Shown: positions 9,259-19,008, counted from the first letter of the stretch. The stretch: 64,000 bases of DNA from Candidatus Heimdallarchaeota archaeon (GCA_019057375.1 DXJF01000053.1:13268-77267); one strand, 5' to 3'. Numbers and translations are program-made. Notes: generated by a model from the letters alone, not told the origin.

Positions 9259-10566
9259 ATGATTAGAGCTACAATATTTGAAATAAAAAACTTAATTCGA
9301 TCAACTTATGAGGTGCACATCTTTCTTTTCAAGTATAGGTTGGTTTATTACACAGGTATAATTCTGTTTTTTATTGGTTTAATATCAGATTTAATTGATT
9401 TTCCAGATCGTAATATTATATCAATAATCATATTTTCAATTTCAATTTTTGTTTCTATTCTTTCATTAATTTTAGATATTCGGAGGAGTGGAGAAGAAAA
9501 AGAAAAATATAGTGAGGATGTGCCAAATGATCACGTTACAAAATTAACGAAACTCAATATAACAGACGAGTACACTAACAGTGGTTATATAATTAAGGAT
9601 TTTTGCAACAAATATGTAGCTCTGTATTCTGATAAAATTAATAAATTAATTAGAAATGAAAACCTCAATAACTCCTTTGAAATCATAAAATCAAAAGCCA
9701 TTCTTCCAAGTGCTGCAAAATTGTTTGCTCCAAAAATTATAAAGGATAGATTAACAGAAAGAAGAGGGACATTTTTTAATGATAAGAAAATTAGGCTGCG
9801 AACTGACTTAACCTCCACAAATAATAAATCTAAATCTCCCATACAATTACAGAAAACAGATTATTACTCAGGAATATGTACAAATGAAATGACAGGTAAA
9901 GAAGTTAAAAGAAAAGAGAATAACGATCTTGTAGAAACAATTTACGATGGTTATAGTTTTTTCTGTAATAATAACACTCTCCTTAAACTAGAAGATAGTA
10001 ATAATAAATGTTCAAACCATATTGGAGTTTCCACACTAGCTATATCAATGGATAAGAAAATTGTTATTTCAAAACAATCAGGAAGAACAATTGTGTATCG
10101 TAATAAGTTAGTACCTACTGGTTCTGGCTCAGCAGATTATAGAGATTTTAAATCCAAACAAAATAAATTCAATTTTAAAACCACCCTTATTAAAGCAATG
10201 AATCGTGAATTGTTGGAGGAAACATCTCTTAAGAAAGAAAAAGGCTTAGAGGTTAAAACTAAGCTAATAGGATATGCAAGATTATTAGATCGAGGAGGGA
10301 AACCTGATTTCTTTGGAGTATCTTTCCTCAATGTTAATTTTGAAAAAATAAAAGTAAGTGGAGTGGAAAAATTATATATTGATATTCATAAAGAAATCGA
10401 AGTTATGGGATATACAGTAAAAGATTTCCTCAAAAGTATTGAATCTTATGAAGAGAAGAATAAGCAATGCTTTTCTTTGCCCTTGTACTTAAACATTCAG
10501 TTTTTAAAACAGTTTATAGAGGAAAACAATGAATTATTTTTACAACATTTTGAAGAAAGAAACTAG
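9259..10566 (+). CDS. Two-TM-anchored Nudix-fold protein
   Basis: Two N-terminal hydrophobic helices. C-terminal IGVSTLAIS..K.IVISKQ...PTGSGSAD...AMNRELLEETSL contains a Nudix-box RExxEE, followed by RGGKPDFF. Confidence 0.6.
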   Translation: MIRATIFEIKNLIRSTYEVHIFLFKYRLVYYTGIILFFIGLISDLIDFPDRNIISIIIFSISIFVSILSLILDIRRSGEEKEKYSEDVPNDHVTKLTKLNITDEYTNSGYIIKDFCNKYVALYSDKINKLIRNENLNNSFEIIKSKAILPSAAKLFAPKIIKDRLTERRGTFFNDKKIRLRTDLTSTNNKSKSPIQLQKTDYYSGICTNEMTGKEVKRKENNDLVETIYDGYSFFCNNNTLLKLEDSNNKCSNHIGVSTLAISMDKKIVISKQSGRTIVYRNKLVPTGSGSADYRDFKSKQNKFNFKTTLIKAMNRELLEETSLKKEKGLEVKTKLIGYARLLDRGGKPDFFGVSFLNVNFEKIKVSGVEKLYIDIHKEIEVMGYTVKDFLKSIESYEEKNKQCFSLPLYLNIQFLKQFIEENNELFLQHFEERN

Positions 10567-10701
10567 GAAAATTGAAGAATTTATCCAATCCGCAAAGCGT
10601 ATCTAAAGAAACAACAAATATGATTCCGTTAAGAAATTCTAACTCCAGTTTCAAATCCCGATTAAAATCTTATCACAAGAAAATTATAAAAACTCAGTAT
10701 A

Positions 10702-11268
10702 TTATGTTTCTTGATTATCTTTTTGAATTAATGGTTCTTTAACTCTCTTCCACTTATATCTTATTTTTGATCTTACAATTATATTCACGATTTGATAAAT
10801 ACCTTGTACAATTTTTTCCATTTCTTCATTTAGTTTGTCTTTAATATTATCTACAGGATCACCAATAATATCATCAGAAATAATTTCACTAAATGTTCTC
10901 CAAGCTTCATAGATATTGTTAATTTCTTCATTATTCTCAGAAGAAATTTTAAGCTGAATATTCATTTTATTTCGGAGTATATCTAAATCTATCTTGAAAT
11001 TTGCAAGGGAGAATGCGATCATTTTATATGTTTCAGCAATTTTTTTCTGACTGATTTTCTTCTTATCTGTTCTAAGAACAAGCTATTTACCACTATCTGA
11101 AACTAAATCTCCACTTTTCCTTAGTAATCTACAAGTTTCAGTTGTTAGAGCTTTTGTAGTTTTTATGGTGTGTTGTTTTTTCTGATATCGATTAGCAATA
11201 AAACCAGCGAGTAGGACAGCAATTATAGTACTTCCACCTGTAATTATACTAGGTAGCCATTCTATCAT
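10702..11268 (-). pseudogene. Single-TM helical protein gene interrupted by an in-frame TAG (joins track ORFs 11083..11268 and 10702..11022)
   Basis: The two ORFs are in the same frame. The sequence reads ...SDSGK*LVLRTDKKKISQKKIAETYKMIAF... with only the TAG at 11083-11085 between them. Confidence 0.6.
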
Positions 11269-11552
11269 AAGCTACTATTCACTGTCCTGCATTATCCCAG
11301 TCTGATGAAATTAGTTTAATCTCTTCCTCTAAATTGTTTCTAGCTATAGTAATTTCTAGTTTCATTTTTCAACCTCTCTGCTTTTAGAAGCTTTAATATT
11401 ATTATTTGCTTCTGCCTAAAACTTTCATATCATTCTATTTAAACCTTCCAAATAATATGCCATATTAATGCTGATGTATTCTCTTTTCTTGTTAACAATT
11501 CTTATATATCTACTTACGAAGGGTTTTCTTTGTAGAGTAAGTTGAGGAGTTA

Positions 11553-11807
11553 ATGAAGTTGTCAATATATGAAGAAGTACATAAATTAAGGAAGGAAATC
11601 ATAGAATTGAAAAGGATGCAAAACAATTTTCTTGACATCTTAGATGGTATCATGAAGATGGTTGACTATACTAATCAAGAGTTATTAAGAGTCTTTAACG
11701 AAGAAAATGTATCTGAAGGGAGAGAAAAAAGGGAATTAAGAGAATATAACAAAGAACTCATCAAAGTTTATGAACATCTTAAAACAATGAAGAAACTTGA
11801 AGTGTAA
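11553..11807 (+). CDS. Small coiled-coil hypothetical protein
   Basis: Strong GAGGAG RBS upstream and a heptad-like helical sequence. Confidence 0.55.
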   Translation: MKLSIYEEVHKLRKEIIELKRMQNNFLDILDGIMKMVDYTNQELLRVFNEENVSEGREKRELREYNKELIKVYEHLKTMKKLEV

Positions 11808-11968
11808 CCATTTAGAAATAAATTATTTAAACTCAAATATTACATTCATTGATTTTCTTGAAGTGAGAAGAAGGAAAAAAAATGAGCCACCAAAATAGAA
11901 AATTATGTGGTGAAAAATGAATGTTCAAAAAGTATTTAAAGAAAGTATGTGGTTTTACAGTGATTTGA

Positions 11969-12199
11969 ATGGGATTACGATACAAATTGCAATTTCTAGA
12001 TTTACATACAGCTATACTTCCTGAAGAAGGTGTTGAAATACTCGATAAACAAATCAAAGATTTTTTTGAAAACCTTCCAGAAGGATATTCAATTAAAGAT
12101 TGGAAGATAACAAAAAATACAGAAAGAGGAAAAGAAGCAGAGATTGTAAACTTTGATAGAATTTATCTACTTCTAGAAAAAAAGATGAAGGGACAATAA
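11969..12199 (+). CDS. Small hypothetical protein
   Basis: 76 aa ORF in a tightly packed small-ORF cluster. Confidence 0.45.
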   Translation: MGLRYKLQFLDLHTAILPEEGVEILDKQIKDFFENLPEGYSIKDWKITKNTERGKEAEIVNFDRIYLLLEKKMKGQ

Positions 12200-12203
12200 A
12201 TGA

Positions 12204-12308
12204 ATGAAAGAGAAACTGATTAAACAATGGTTCATTGACCAGAAGGATAAGGAACTGAAGGATTTTATGAGACCGAAGAAACAATCAGAATTGGAGGATT
12301 TAATGTAA
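12204..12308 (+). CDS. Possible 34 aa ORF MKEKLIKQWFIDQKDKELKDFMRPKKQSELEDLM
   Basis: Manual translation; starts 4 nt after the stop of 11969..12199. Confidence 0.3.
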   Translation: MKEKLIKQWFIDQKDKELKDFMRPKKQSELEDLM

Positions 12309-12450
12309 CTCTATTTTTCGATACTTCTTCCATCTTCACTATTTTGCGAAAAGAGTTAGAAATTGAGCATTAGCAATGAAATTAAATTAAAAATTGAATA
12401 CAATAATGAAGTCATTAGGTTTAAGTATCAGTTTATCTATTACTTAGTAG

Positions 12451-13278
12451 ATGAATGAACCTCAAATTGATTCGTCAAAAGCAATAGAATTTATTAGAAA
12501 TAAAGGAAATGAGGTAGAAAAACTTAAACTAGCTTTGATGCTTGGAGAGAAATCTGTAACAAAAGAGGTGGTAAAGGAACATCTCAATTTACAAAATTCT
12601 GATGGAGGAATACCTTTCAGAATGAGAGAAGATTCACTAAGCACTATAGGCCCAACTATAACTTTTTTCAAAGACTTTTTAGTTCTAGACATGAAAGATG
12701 AAATCGAAGATTATCTCTCCAAAGCAGTAAACTTCCTACTACTGAATCAAGATGAAGAGGGATACTTCGAAGAACCTCAAAGCATAAAGAATTTTGAACC
12801 TTCACTTTGGGAAACTCCAGGAACAGATCCGAACAGAATTTATTGCACTGCTATTGTGATTAATTTCCTATTAGGTTTAGGAGATGAGACATATCTAAAC
12901 TTCATAATTAAAGGTCTAGACTATTTATCAAGAAACTGGAGAGATGATACGGGCTTTAAAAGTTATCCACACGCATTGTGGAATGCAATTCCAACATTTA
13001 TTGCAATAAAAGGAGAAAATGACTGTATCTCAAGAAGAGGATTAGAGATGCTTCAAACATTTAATTTAGAGAACTATCCTTCTTCATCATTAGTTTGGAT
13101 GGTTGAAAGTTTCATCAATGCTGGACTGGAGAACCACAAATTTGTCACTCGTTTACTAGATGTTCTTTTACATAGACAAACTAGTGATGGTAAATGGGAA
13201 TCAGAAGATGGAGAAGAATATGATTCTACTACAACTTTAACAGTTTTACTAGTTTTAAAGAAGCTAAAATACATCTAG
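12451..13278 (+). CDS. Prenyltransferase/squalene-oxidase-repeat (alpha-alpha toroid) protein
   Basis: Repeated LxxxQNxDGG, LLLNQDEEGYF and LLHRQTSDGKW motifs. Confidence 0.75.
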   Translation: MNEPQIDSSKAIEFIRNKGNEVEKLKLALMLGEKSVTKEVVKEHLNLQNSDGGIPFRMREDSLSTIGPTITFFKDFLVLDMKDEIEDYLSKAVNFLLLNQDEEGYFEEPQSIKNFEPSLWETPGTDPNRIYCTAIVINFLLGLGDETYLNFIIKGLDYLSRNWRDDTGFKSYPHALWNAIPTFIAIKGENDCISRRGLEMLQTFNLENYPSSSLVWMVESFINAGLENHKFVTRLLDVLLHRQTSDGKWESEDGEEYDSTTTLTVLLVLKKLKYI

Positions 13279-13331
13279 ATTTCAACATTTTATAGAGAAT
13301 ATTTTTAATTGAACAACTAATTTTCACTTAT

Positions 13332-14282
13332 ATGATTATTGATGGACATACAGATGTACTATGGGCTCTGACTAGAGAAAACAGAAAATTTTCTGAAGAA
13401 TCAGATATAGGGCATGTTGATCTTCATAGATTAAGAAAAGGAAGAGTTTTTGCAGCTTTCTTTGCAGTATTTCCTGCTAGGAGTGATTTTGACATTTATA
13501 GAGGTGTGGATCAATGGTTCTCTTTAATTGAAGACCAAGATAATAGTATTCTACAAGTAAAGACAGTAGAGGATATAAATAAATGTAAAATGAATGATAA
13601 AATTGGAGCTGTTTTGCATTTTGAGGGTTCTGGTGGGATAGATAGTGAATTTTTGACTTTGAAGAATTATTACAGATTGGGCTTAAGAAGTATTGGTCTA
13701 AGTTGGTCTAATGTTAATAGATTTGCTACAGGAGTTACATTTAACATGTTATCAGGAGAAAGTTTTGAACAGGAAAGAGGGTTGACAGATACTGGTAAGG
13801 AATTGGTAAAAGAATTAAATAATTTAGGTATAATTGCTGATGTCAGTCATTTGAACGAGAAATCTTTTTGGGATGTAATCGACCAAACTAGTAAGCCTAT
13901 AATTGCATCACACAGCAATGTTTATGCTATTTGTAACCATCCAAGAAATTTGAAGGATGAACAGATTCGAGCAATTGCTGAAACTAATGGAACAATAGGT
14001 CTTAATTTCTGTGTATCTTTTCTTTCTGATAATAAGAAAAAAGATCAAATTCAATTAGAAGATTTGAAAAAACATGTTGATTATATTGTAGAATTAGTAG
14101 GAATCGACCACATTAGTTTCGGATCAGATTATGATGGGGCTACAGTACCTGATGTTGTCAAGGATGTTAGTTATTATCCTGTATTAGTTGATTATCTGGA
14201 AACAAATGGGTATAATAAAGAAGATTTACAAAAAATAGAATCTCAGAATTTTCTGAGAGTTATGAAAGAAGTCTGGAAATAA
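13332..14282 (+). CDS. Membrane (renal-type) dipeptidase, peptidase M19
   Basis: IIDGHTD, GHVDL.RL..G, LHFEG, DVSHLNE, IASHSN, HPRNLKD, FGSDYDG. Confidence 0.93.
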   Translation: MIIDGHTDVLWALTRENRKFSEESDIGHVDLHRLRKGRVFAAFFAVFPARSDFDIYRGVDQWFSLIEDQDNSILQVKTVEDINKCKMNDKIGAVLHFEGSGGIDSEFLTLKNYYRLGLRSIGLSWSNVNRFATGVTFNMLSGESFEQERGLTDTGKELVKELNNLGIIADVSHLNEKSFWDVIDQTSKPIIASHSNVYAICNHPRNLKDEQIRAIAETNGTIGLNFCVSFLSDNKKKDQIQLEDLKKHVDYIVELVGIDHISFGSDYDGATVPDVVKDVSYYPVLVDYLETNGYNKEDLQKIESQNFLRVMKEVWK

Positions 14283-14750
14283 TCATTCTTCTTCTTTTTC
14301 AATTTCTACAAGCTCTAGTTGTCGTCCATATCCAGAATCAATTTCATCTATAATTCCAGATTCAATTAGTTTGTCTACTCTTTCACGAATAATCCTTCTA
14401 GAAGCAGATCCTCTCTCTTTTCTAACTTGTTCAGTTAATTGTGAGATATTTAGTCTTTTTTTCTTGTCTAAAGCTACAATTATAGATTTTGAGATTGAAT
14501 CATATTTTAGATCAGGAAATCTTTGCAAAATAGTGTCTTTTAGTGTTAGAGTTTGTGAAGCAACCGTTAAAGGAACTTTTGAAAATTGTAAAGTAGAAGT
14601 GAGAATTTGTAGTAAATTCATCATCTGTTTTAGTTCTGGGTTATTGTCTGAAACTTTGTGCTGTAGATTGTTTATTTGAAGAATCACATAATTGATTTTT
14701 TCTTCAAGTTCTGATATTCTACTATCTAACGCTTTTTCATTTTCGGACAT
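14283..14750 (-). CDS. Coiled-coil plus winged helix-turn-helix DNA-binding protein
   Basis: N-terminal heptads; C-terminal LNISQLTEQVRKERGSASRRIIRERVDKLIESGII wHTH. Confidence 0.7.
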   Translation of the reverse strand: MSENEKALDSRISELEEKINYVILQINNLQHKVSDNNPELKQMMNLLQILTSTLQFSKVPLTVASQTLTLKDTILQRFPDLKYDSISKSIIVALDKKKRLNISQLTEQVRKERGSASRRIIRERVDKLIESGIIDEIDSGYGRQLELVEIEKEEE

Positions 14751-14775
14751 AGATGAAACCTTTCTTGCTTGAATC

Positions 14776-15045
14776 TTAACTTACTTCTTTTCTCATTTTC
14801 AAAATACTGCTAAAACTGAAAAGTTTAGTGAAATCCTTGTAGGATTCAGCTATTTCTTTTCTTAGTAGTTTTGGAATACCACCTTTCTTAAGCTCTTTTT
14901 TTAGTGCTCTTTGATTTCTGATTCTCTTTATCGGATTCGTTATGATATAATATAATAACATTAATGGAAGAACTAATATTAAATAAGAAATATAATTGAT
15001 AGATACTACAATTGAATATAATTTATCTGTCAATATCGACACCAA
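14776..15045 (-). CDS. Small single-TM hypothetical protein
   Basis: Hydrophobic N-terminus and basic amphipathic C-terminus (LKKGGIPKLLRKEIAESY); middle gene of a three-gene operon. Confidence 0.65.
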   Translation of the reverse strand: MVSILTDKLYSIVVSINYISYLILVLPLMLLYYIITNPIKRIRNQRALKKELKKGGIPKLLRKEIAESYKDFTKLFSFSSILKMRKEVS

Positions 15046-15054
15046 CTATTTCTT

Positions 15055-15402
15055 TTAATCATCGTCGTCTGATCTTACATTAATGTTAGATTTCAGAGCT
15101 TTTCCTACTATATCGAAAGATTTAGAGAAATTCATGATTATTTCTCTTACCATATCCTCAGGTAATCCTTGCCCTGTAAGCTGCTCATGTAGAGCAACGA
15201 TTCCTTTACCATAATTGGTAGCTATTTCAGGATCATAGATTGCTGAAAAGATATTCTTGATTAGTGCAGGAACCTCTCCAGAAACCGCGCCAAGAAGTTC
15301 TTTTATCTCAGCAGCATCAGTAATTTCTTTAGATTTACCTTTTGATTTAACTTTTTTCTCTATTTCTTCTCCAAGTTTTTCTCCTAATTCATCAAAGTTC
15401 AT
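15055..15402 (-). CDS. Helical hypothetical protein
   Basis: GGTGA RBS; LLGAVSGEVPALIKNIFSAIY...GLPEDMV pattern; first gene of the operon. Confidence 0.7.
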   Translation of the reverse strand: MNFDELGEKLGEEIEKKVKSKGKSKEITDAAEIKELLGAVSGEVPALIKNIFSAIYDPEIATNYGKGIVALHEQLTGQGLPEDMVREIIMNFSKSFDIVGKALKSNINVRSDDDD

Positions 15403-15459
15403 TCATTTCACCTTAAGTTTTGTATGCTTATATTGATTGGTCACAGATATTTAAGATGC

Positions 15460-15475
15460 TGGTCACTATTGACCA
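15460..15475. promoter_or_regulatory. Operator-like palindrome TGGTCA-N4-TGACCA beside the TATA box of the 15402 operon; extra half-site at 15438-15443
   Basis: Minus strand reads TGGTCAatagTGACCA gcatc TTAAATAT ctg TGACCA upstream of the start. Confidence 0.65.
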
Positions 15476-15500
15476 CTCAGTTTTCGTATTCTTAAGTTTT

Positions 15501-16871
15501 TCAGATTAAATGCTTTCTTCTTTCAATAATTATTGAAAGGATTATTGACAAAACAAAAGTACAAATCGCGAATCCTAAAGCAAAGCCTAACATTCCTATT
15601 AACCCTTTTGACGATCTATCAGCTACAAAACCCATTAGTAAGGTTGCCGAGATTGAACCAGCAATTCCAATTGTGTTGAATAGACCAAATGCTGTTGCTC
15701 TTCTAAGTTTATTTGAGAAAGTTCCAACTAGACCAGTTAGACAAATAGTTGAGATTATATACGTTGGGAAGCTATAGACTATCAGACCTAGAGTAACATT
15801 TAGAGGGTATAATGTCATTAGTAAATAGATAAGTATTTGTAGAAATGTGAAAGAAATAACAGCTGAAGTAATTTTTCGTATTTTTGCTAATCTTCCTAAT
15901 AGTAATGATAATACAACTCCAATCGTGGTCGTACCTATTAGAAAATAGCTGAAATAAACTGCAGGTGCTCTTAGAAAATCTATGAAATAGAGTGAAGCAT
16001 ATGACCAAAAACCTCCTGATGTAGCATTTTGAAAGAAAGCAATTAACATTAGAACAACAAAAATAAGTTTAAACTCCGATAGTTTTCCTATTTTCTTTGA
16101 TTCTTGTGCTTTCGCTTGTTTTTTCTCTCTTCTTTCCTCTTTTGTGAAAAGTATAAAAATTGAAGCAATTGCACAGCTTACAATTGCTATGAACAATTGA
16201 ACTCCTTGAGCTGGATGATTTACTAATTCATCGGAGAAGAATTTTGAAAGTACGCTTGCGAAGTTTAGAATACCATTTGTAGGTGTTTGAGCATTCAGAC
16301 TAATAATTGAACTGACAGATGAAGAAGAATACCAGTTTAAGCTGAAAGTAGCTGCATTGTCGTGAATTAGTGCAGCAATAGGACTGGCGACCAACCAAGC
16401 TAAGCTAAATGTTGCTGCTATCTCCCCCAAGATTACTTCTTTCTTCTTAGAAGAAGTTAGAGTGGCATAAGAATAGATATTTGATGTTTGTCCTGAAATG
16501 AAGATGTAACCTACTAGCATCACAGCTAGAAAAGCATATGGATTATTAATGAACATCAAAGTGAAATACATCAAACCTGCTGCAATAAATCCCATAAAGA
16601 CAAATCTTTTATTTCCAAATTTATCACTCATTATCCCCCATAATGTAGTTCCAATAACTATCACAAAATAAGGAATTATAGCTACAAAGCCTAGAATAGA
16701 ATACTGTTCTACATTAAAAATTTGAGTTAACCATATTGGCGCATATGGTGAAAACATTGCTGTAGACATACCAAGAAAGAAAATTCCTGTAAGAATAAGA
16801 ATCTCATTCCTTTCCATGAAAAAGAATTTCTTCTTAGCCATTTCGGTATTCACAAAATTTAAGATTTTCAC
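15501..16871 (-). CDS. MFS transporter
   Basis: About 12 TM helices; motif A WGIMSDKFGNKR. Confidence 0.9.
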   Translation of the reverse strand: MKILNFVNTEMAKKKFFFMERNEILILTGIFFLGMSTAMFSPYAPIWLTQIFNVEQYSILGFVAIIPYFVIVIGTTLWGIMSDKFGNKRFVFMGFIAAGLMYFTLMFINNPYAFLAVMLVGYIFISGQTSNIYSYATLTSSKKKEVILGEIAATFSLAWLVASPIAALIHDNAATFSLNWYSSSSVSSIISLNAQTPTNGILNFASVLSKFFSDELVNHPAQGVQLFIAIVSCAIASIFILFTKEERREKKQAKAQESKKIGKLSEFKLIFVVLMLIAFFQNATSGGFWSYASLYFIDFLRAPAVYFSYFLIGTTTIGVVLSLLLGRLAKIRKITSAVISFTFLQILIYLLMTLYPLNVTLGLIVYSFPTYIISTICLTGLVGTFSNKLRRATAFGLFNTIGIAGSISATLLMGFVADRSSKGLIGMLGFALGFAICTFVLSIILSIIIERRKHLI

Positions 16872-16971
16872 AGTTTAATAAGTTTTATTACGTTTCTTTC
16901 CAAACTAAACAGAAGCGAAAAGTTGATATTATTATCAATTTATAATCCTATGAAAGAGTGTTCGATCAGCA

Positions 16972-18144
16972 ATGAGCGAAAATGAACCTACAAGTGTTAA
17001 AGAAATATTAATTGAGATAAAGACGCTCTCAGAAATTTGTGTAGATTTATCATTTGCATCTTTACTTTATTCTGATAAATTAGTAGCTGAACAAGTTTTA
17101 ATTTTAGAAGAAAAAATAGATGGTTTGTACAAAAATCTATTGGATAGATTGTCAGTATCAATAAAAAGCTTAAATCTAGCAGAGCAGCTGAGGATTTATT
17201 ATATAATCGGTGAGGCTAACAATTTAATTTCTGATTCAGCAGCTGATATGGCATCATTAGTTTTATTGGATTATGATGTTTCAGATGAGCTTAAACATAT
17301 TCAACAACACATGGATCAAATTGTAGACCTAATCCGTTTAGATGAAAAGTCCTGTTTATGTGGAAAATCAGAGATTGGAGCTGATTTGCATGATCTAATC
17401 GGAATTGACGTGATAGGAATTATAAGATCAGAGAATGAGCTCTTGCTTAACTATGATGAAGTGATGCTTGCTGGGGATTTGCTCATCTTTAGAGGACCCT
17501 TAGAATATGTAAATCAATTCATAGAATTAGCAAGCGGAAGAACTAAATCAGTCGAAGAAGCGAGAGAAAAGATTATTTCTGAAGATTTAGACCATCCAAA
17601 AGATGAATTGAAGTATCATCAAGACTTGTTAGTTACGATGAAAGAATCAGCTGAGTTAATTGTTGATTTAGCTTATCTTTATGCATTAGAAGATTTACCA
17701 GAAGTGAAGAATTTAATCATGACAACTGAAGATAAAGTGGACAAACTACAATTCGAGCTCATTGAAGAAGTTCTACGATTGTATAAGCAAGATCTGATGA
17801 ACGATAAAACTCTAATGGCTTATCTAAGGATGGCCGATTCTTTTGAGGAAATAGCTGATGCAGCAACAAAAATAGCTTTTGGAGTTACAATGAGACATAA
17901 ACCTTATTCCCTTCTAGAAGATGTAGTAGATGATTCATCTGAAGCTTTAGATTACATTCATGTTGCGAGAGGTTCTCATTATATAGGGATGACTGTACGA
18001 GAAGCTGAATTAACAGATGATTTCTTTCAGATATTAGCTTTAAGAAAGAAAGGGCAATATTTCTTCTTCCCAAAAGATGAAGCAAAGATTCATTTAGGTG
18101 ATGCTTTGCTAATCAAAGAATATTCTAGTCCTGAAGATGAATAA
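16972..18144 (+). CDS. PhoU/TrkA-C domain protein (duplicated PhoU+TrkA_C)
   Basis: K..SE..VDL...L...A..V..LEEKID; DS.E.IADAA..IA; TrkA_C-type VIGIIR and ILALRK segments. Confidence 0.85.
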   Translation: MSENEPTSVKEILIEIKTLSEICVDLSFASLLYSDKLVAEQVLILEEKIDGLYKNLLDRLSVSIKSLNLAEQLRIYYIIGEANNLISDSAADMASLVLLDYDVSDELKHIQQHMDQIVDLIRLDEKSCLCGKSEIGADLHDLIGIDVIGIIRSENELLLNYDEVMLAGDLLIFRGPLEYVNQFIELASGRTKSVEEAREKIISEDLDHPKDELKYHQDLLVTMKESAELIVDLAYLYALEDLPEVKNLIMTTEDKVDKLQFELIEEVLRLYKQDLMNDKTLMAYLRMADSFEEIADAATKIAFGVTMRHKPYSLLEDVVDDSSEALDYIHVARGSHYIGMTVREAELTDDFFQILALRKKGQYFFFPKDEAKIHLGDALLIKEYSSPEDE

Positions 18145-18146
18145 AA

Positions 18147-18977
18147 TTAAAGCAGAAGTTTTAACCACTCAACTAGATCAGAAAAAGCTTTATCTCTTTT
18201 TTCTTTAGTTTCTGTATACATTTCATGTTTGGAATCTTTATACATTTTTACTGTAACATCTGAATTTTCCAAATCATCAATTAACTCATCCAGATCTACT
18301 ATCATTGTGTCAAGTTCTCCTTTTTGGATTAGTACTGGAATTTTTATTGAACTGATTTTATCTTTTACATCTTTGTAGTGATCAATCAAATTCAAACCAT
18401 AGGACGCTGAAGCTTGTTTGTAATTAATTAAAGGATCAGTAACATAATCCTGAACAGATTCTGGATCCGAGGATATTTCTTCAGGTATAATCCCAGCAGG
18501 ACCTTTAAAAGTTGGAAGAATTTTATTCATAAGCCTTGCAAGAATATTAAGAGCTGGAGGTAGAGGTGGAATTCTAGCACCAGATCCTGATAAAACCAAT
18601 CCAGTTATCTCCTCTTGATGTTTGATTGCATAACGTTGTGCAACTAATGATCCCATTGAATGACCTATAACAACAATTGGTACATCTTTATGATTATTTT
18701 GTATAATTTTTGTCAAACTAAAACAATCGACAACATAATCATCAAGGCTTCTAATATGATTTCTTCTTCCTTCACTCTTTCCATGACCTCTATGATCATT
18801 CCCATAAACTGCAAATCCGTTGTCTGTAAGGTATTTTACAAGGTGCTTATACCTTCCTGTGTGTTCAACTCCCCCATGGATTATCTGAATAATTGCATTA
18901 GGTTCCTTATGAATCCAAGCTTGATAGAAAATCCTGTGGTTTTTTCCACCTACAAAATAATCTAGTTTATGCTCCAT
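18147..18977 (-). CDS. Alpha/beta hydrolase (lysophospholipase/monoacylglycerol lipase family)
   Basis: HGGVEHTGRY, DHRGHGKSEG, nucleophile GHSMG, and C-terminal HE. Confidence 0.92.
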   Translation of the reverse strand: MEHKLDYFVGGKNHRIFYQAWIHKEPNAIIQIIHGGVEHTGRYKHLVKYLTDNGFAVYGNDHRGHGKSEGRRNHIRSLDDYVVDCFSLTKIIQNNHKDVPIVVIGHSMGSLVAQRYAIKHQEEITGLVLSGSGARIPPLPPALNILARLMNKILPTFKGPAGIIPEEISSDPESVQDYVTDPLINYKQASASYGLNLIDHYKDVKDKISSIKIPVLIQKGELDTMIVDLDELIDDLENSDVTVKMYKDSKHEMYTETKEKRDKAFSDLVEWLKLLL

Positions 18978-19008
18978 AAAAAAAGTAAGAAGAAAGTACT
19001 CTTTAAAT

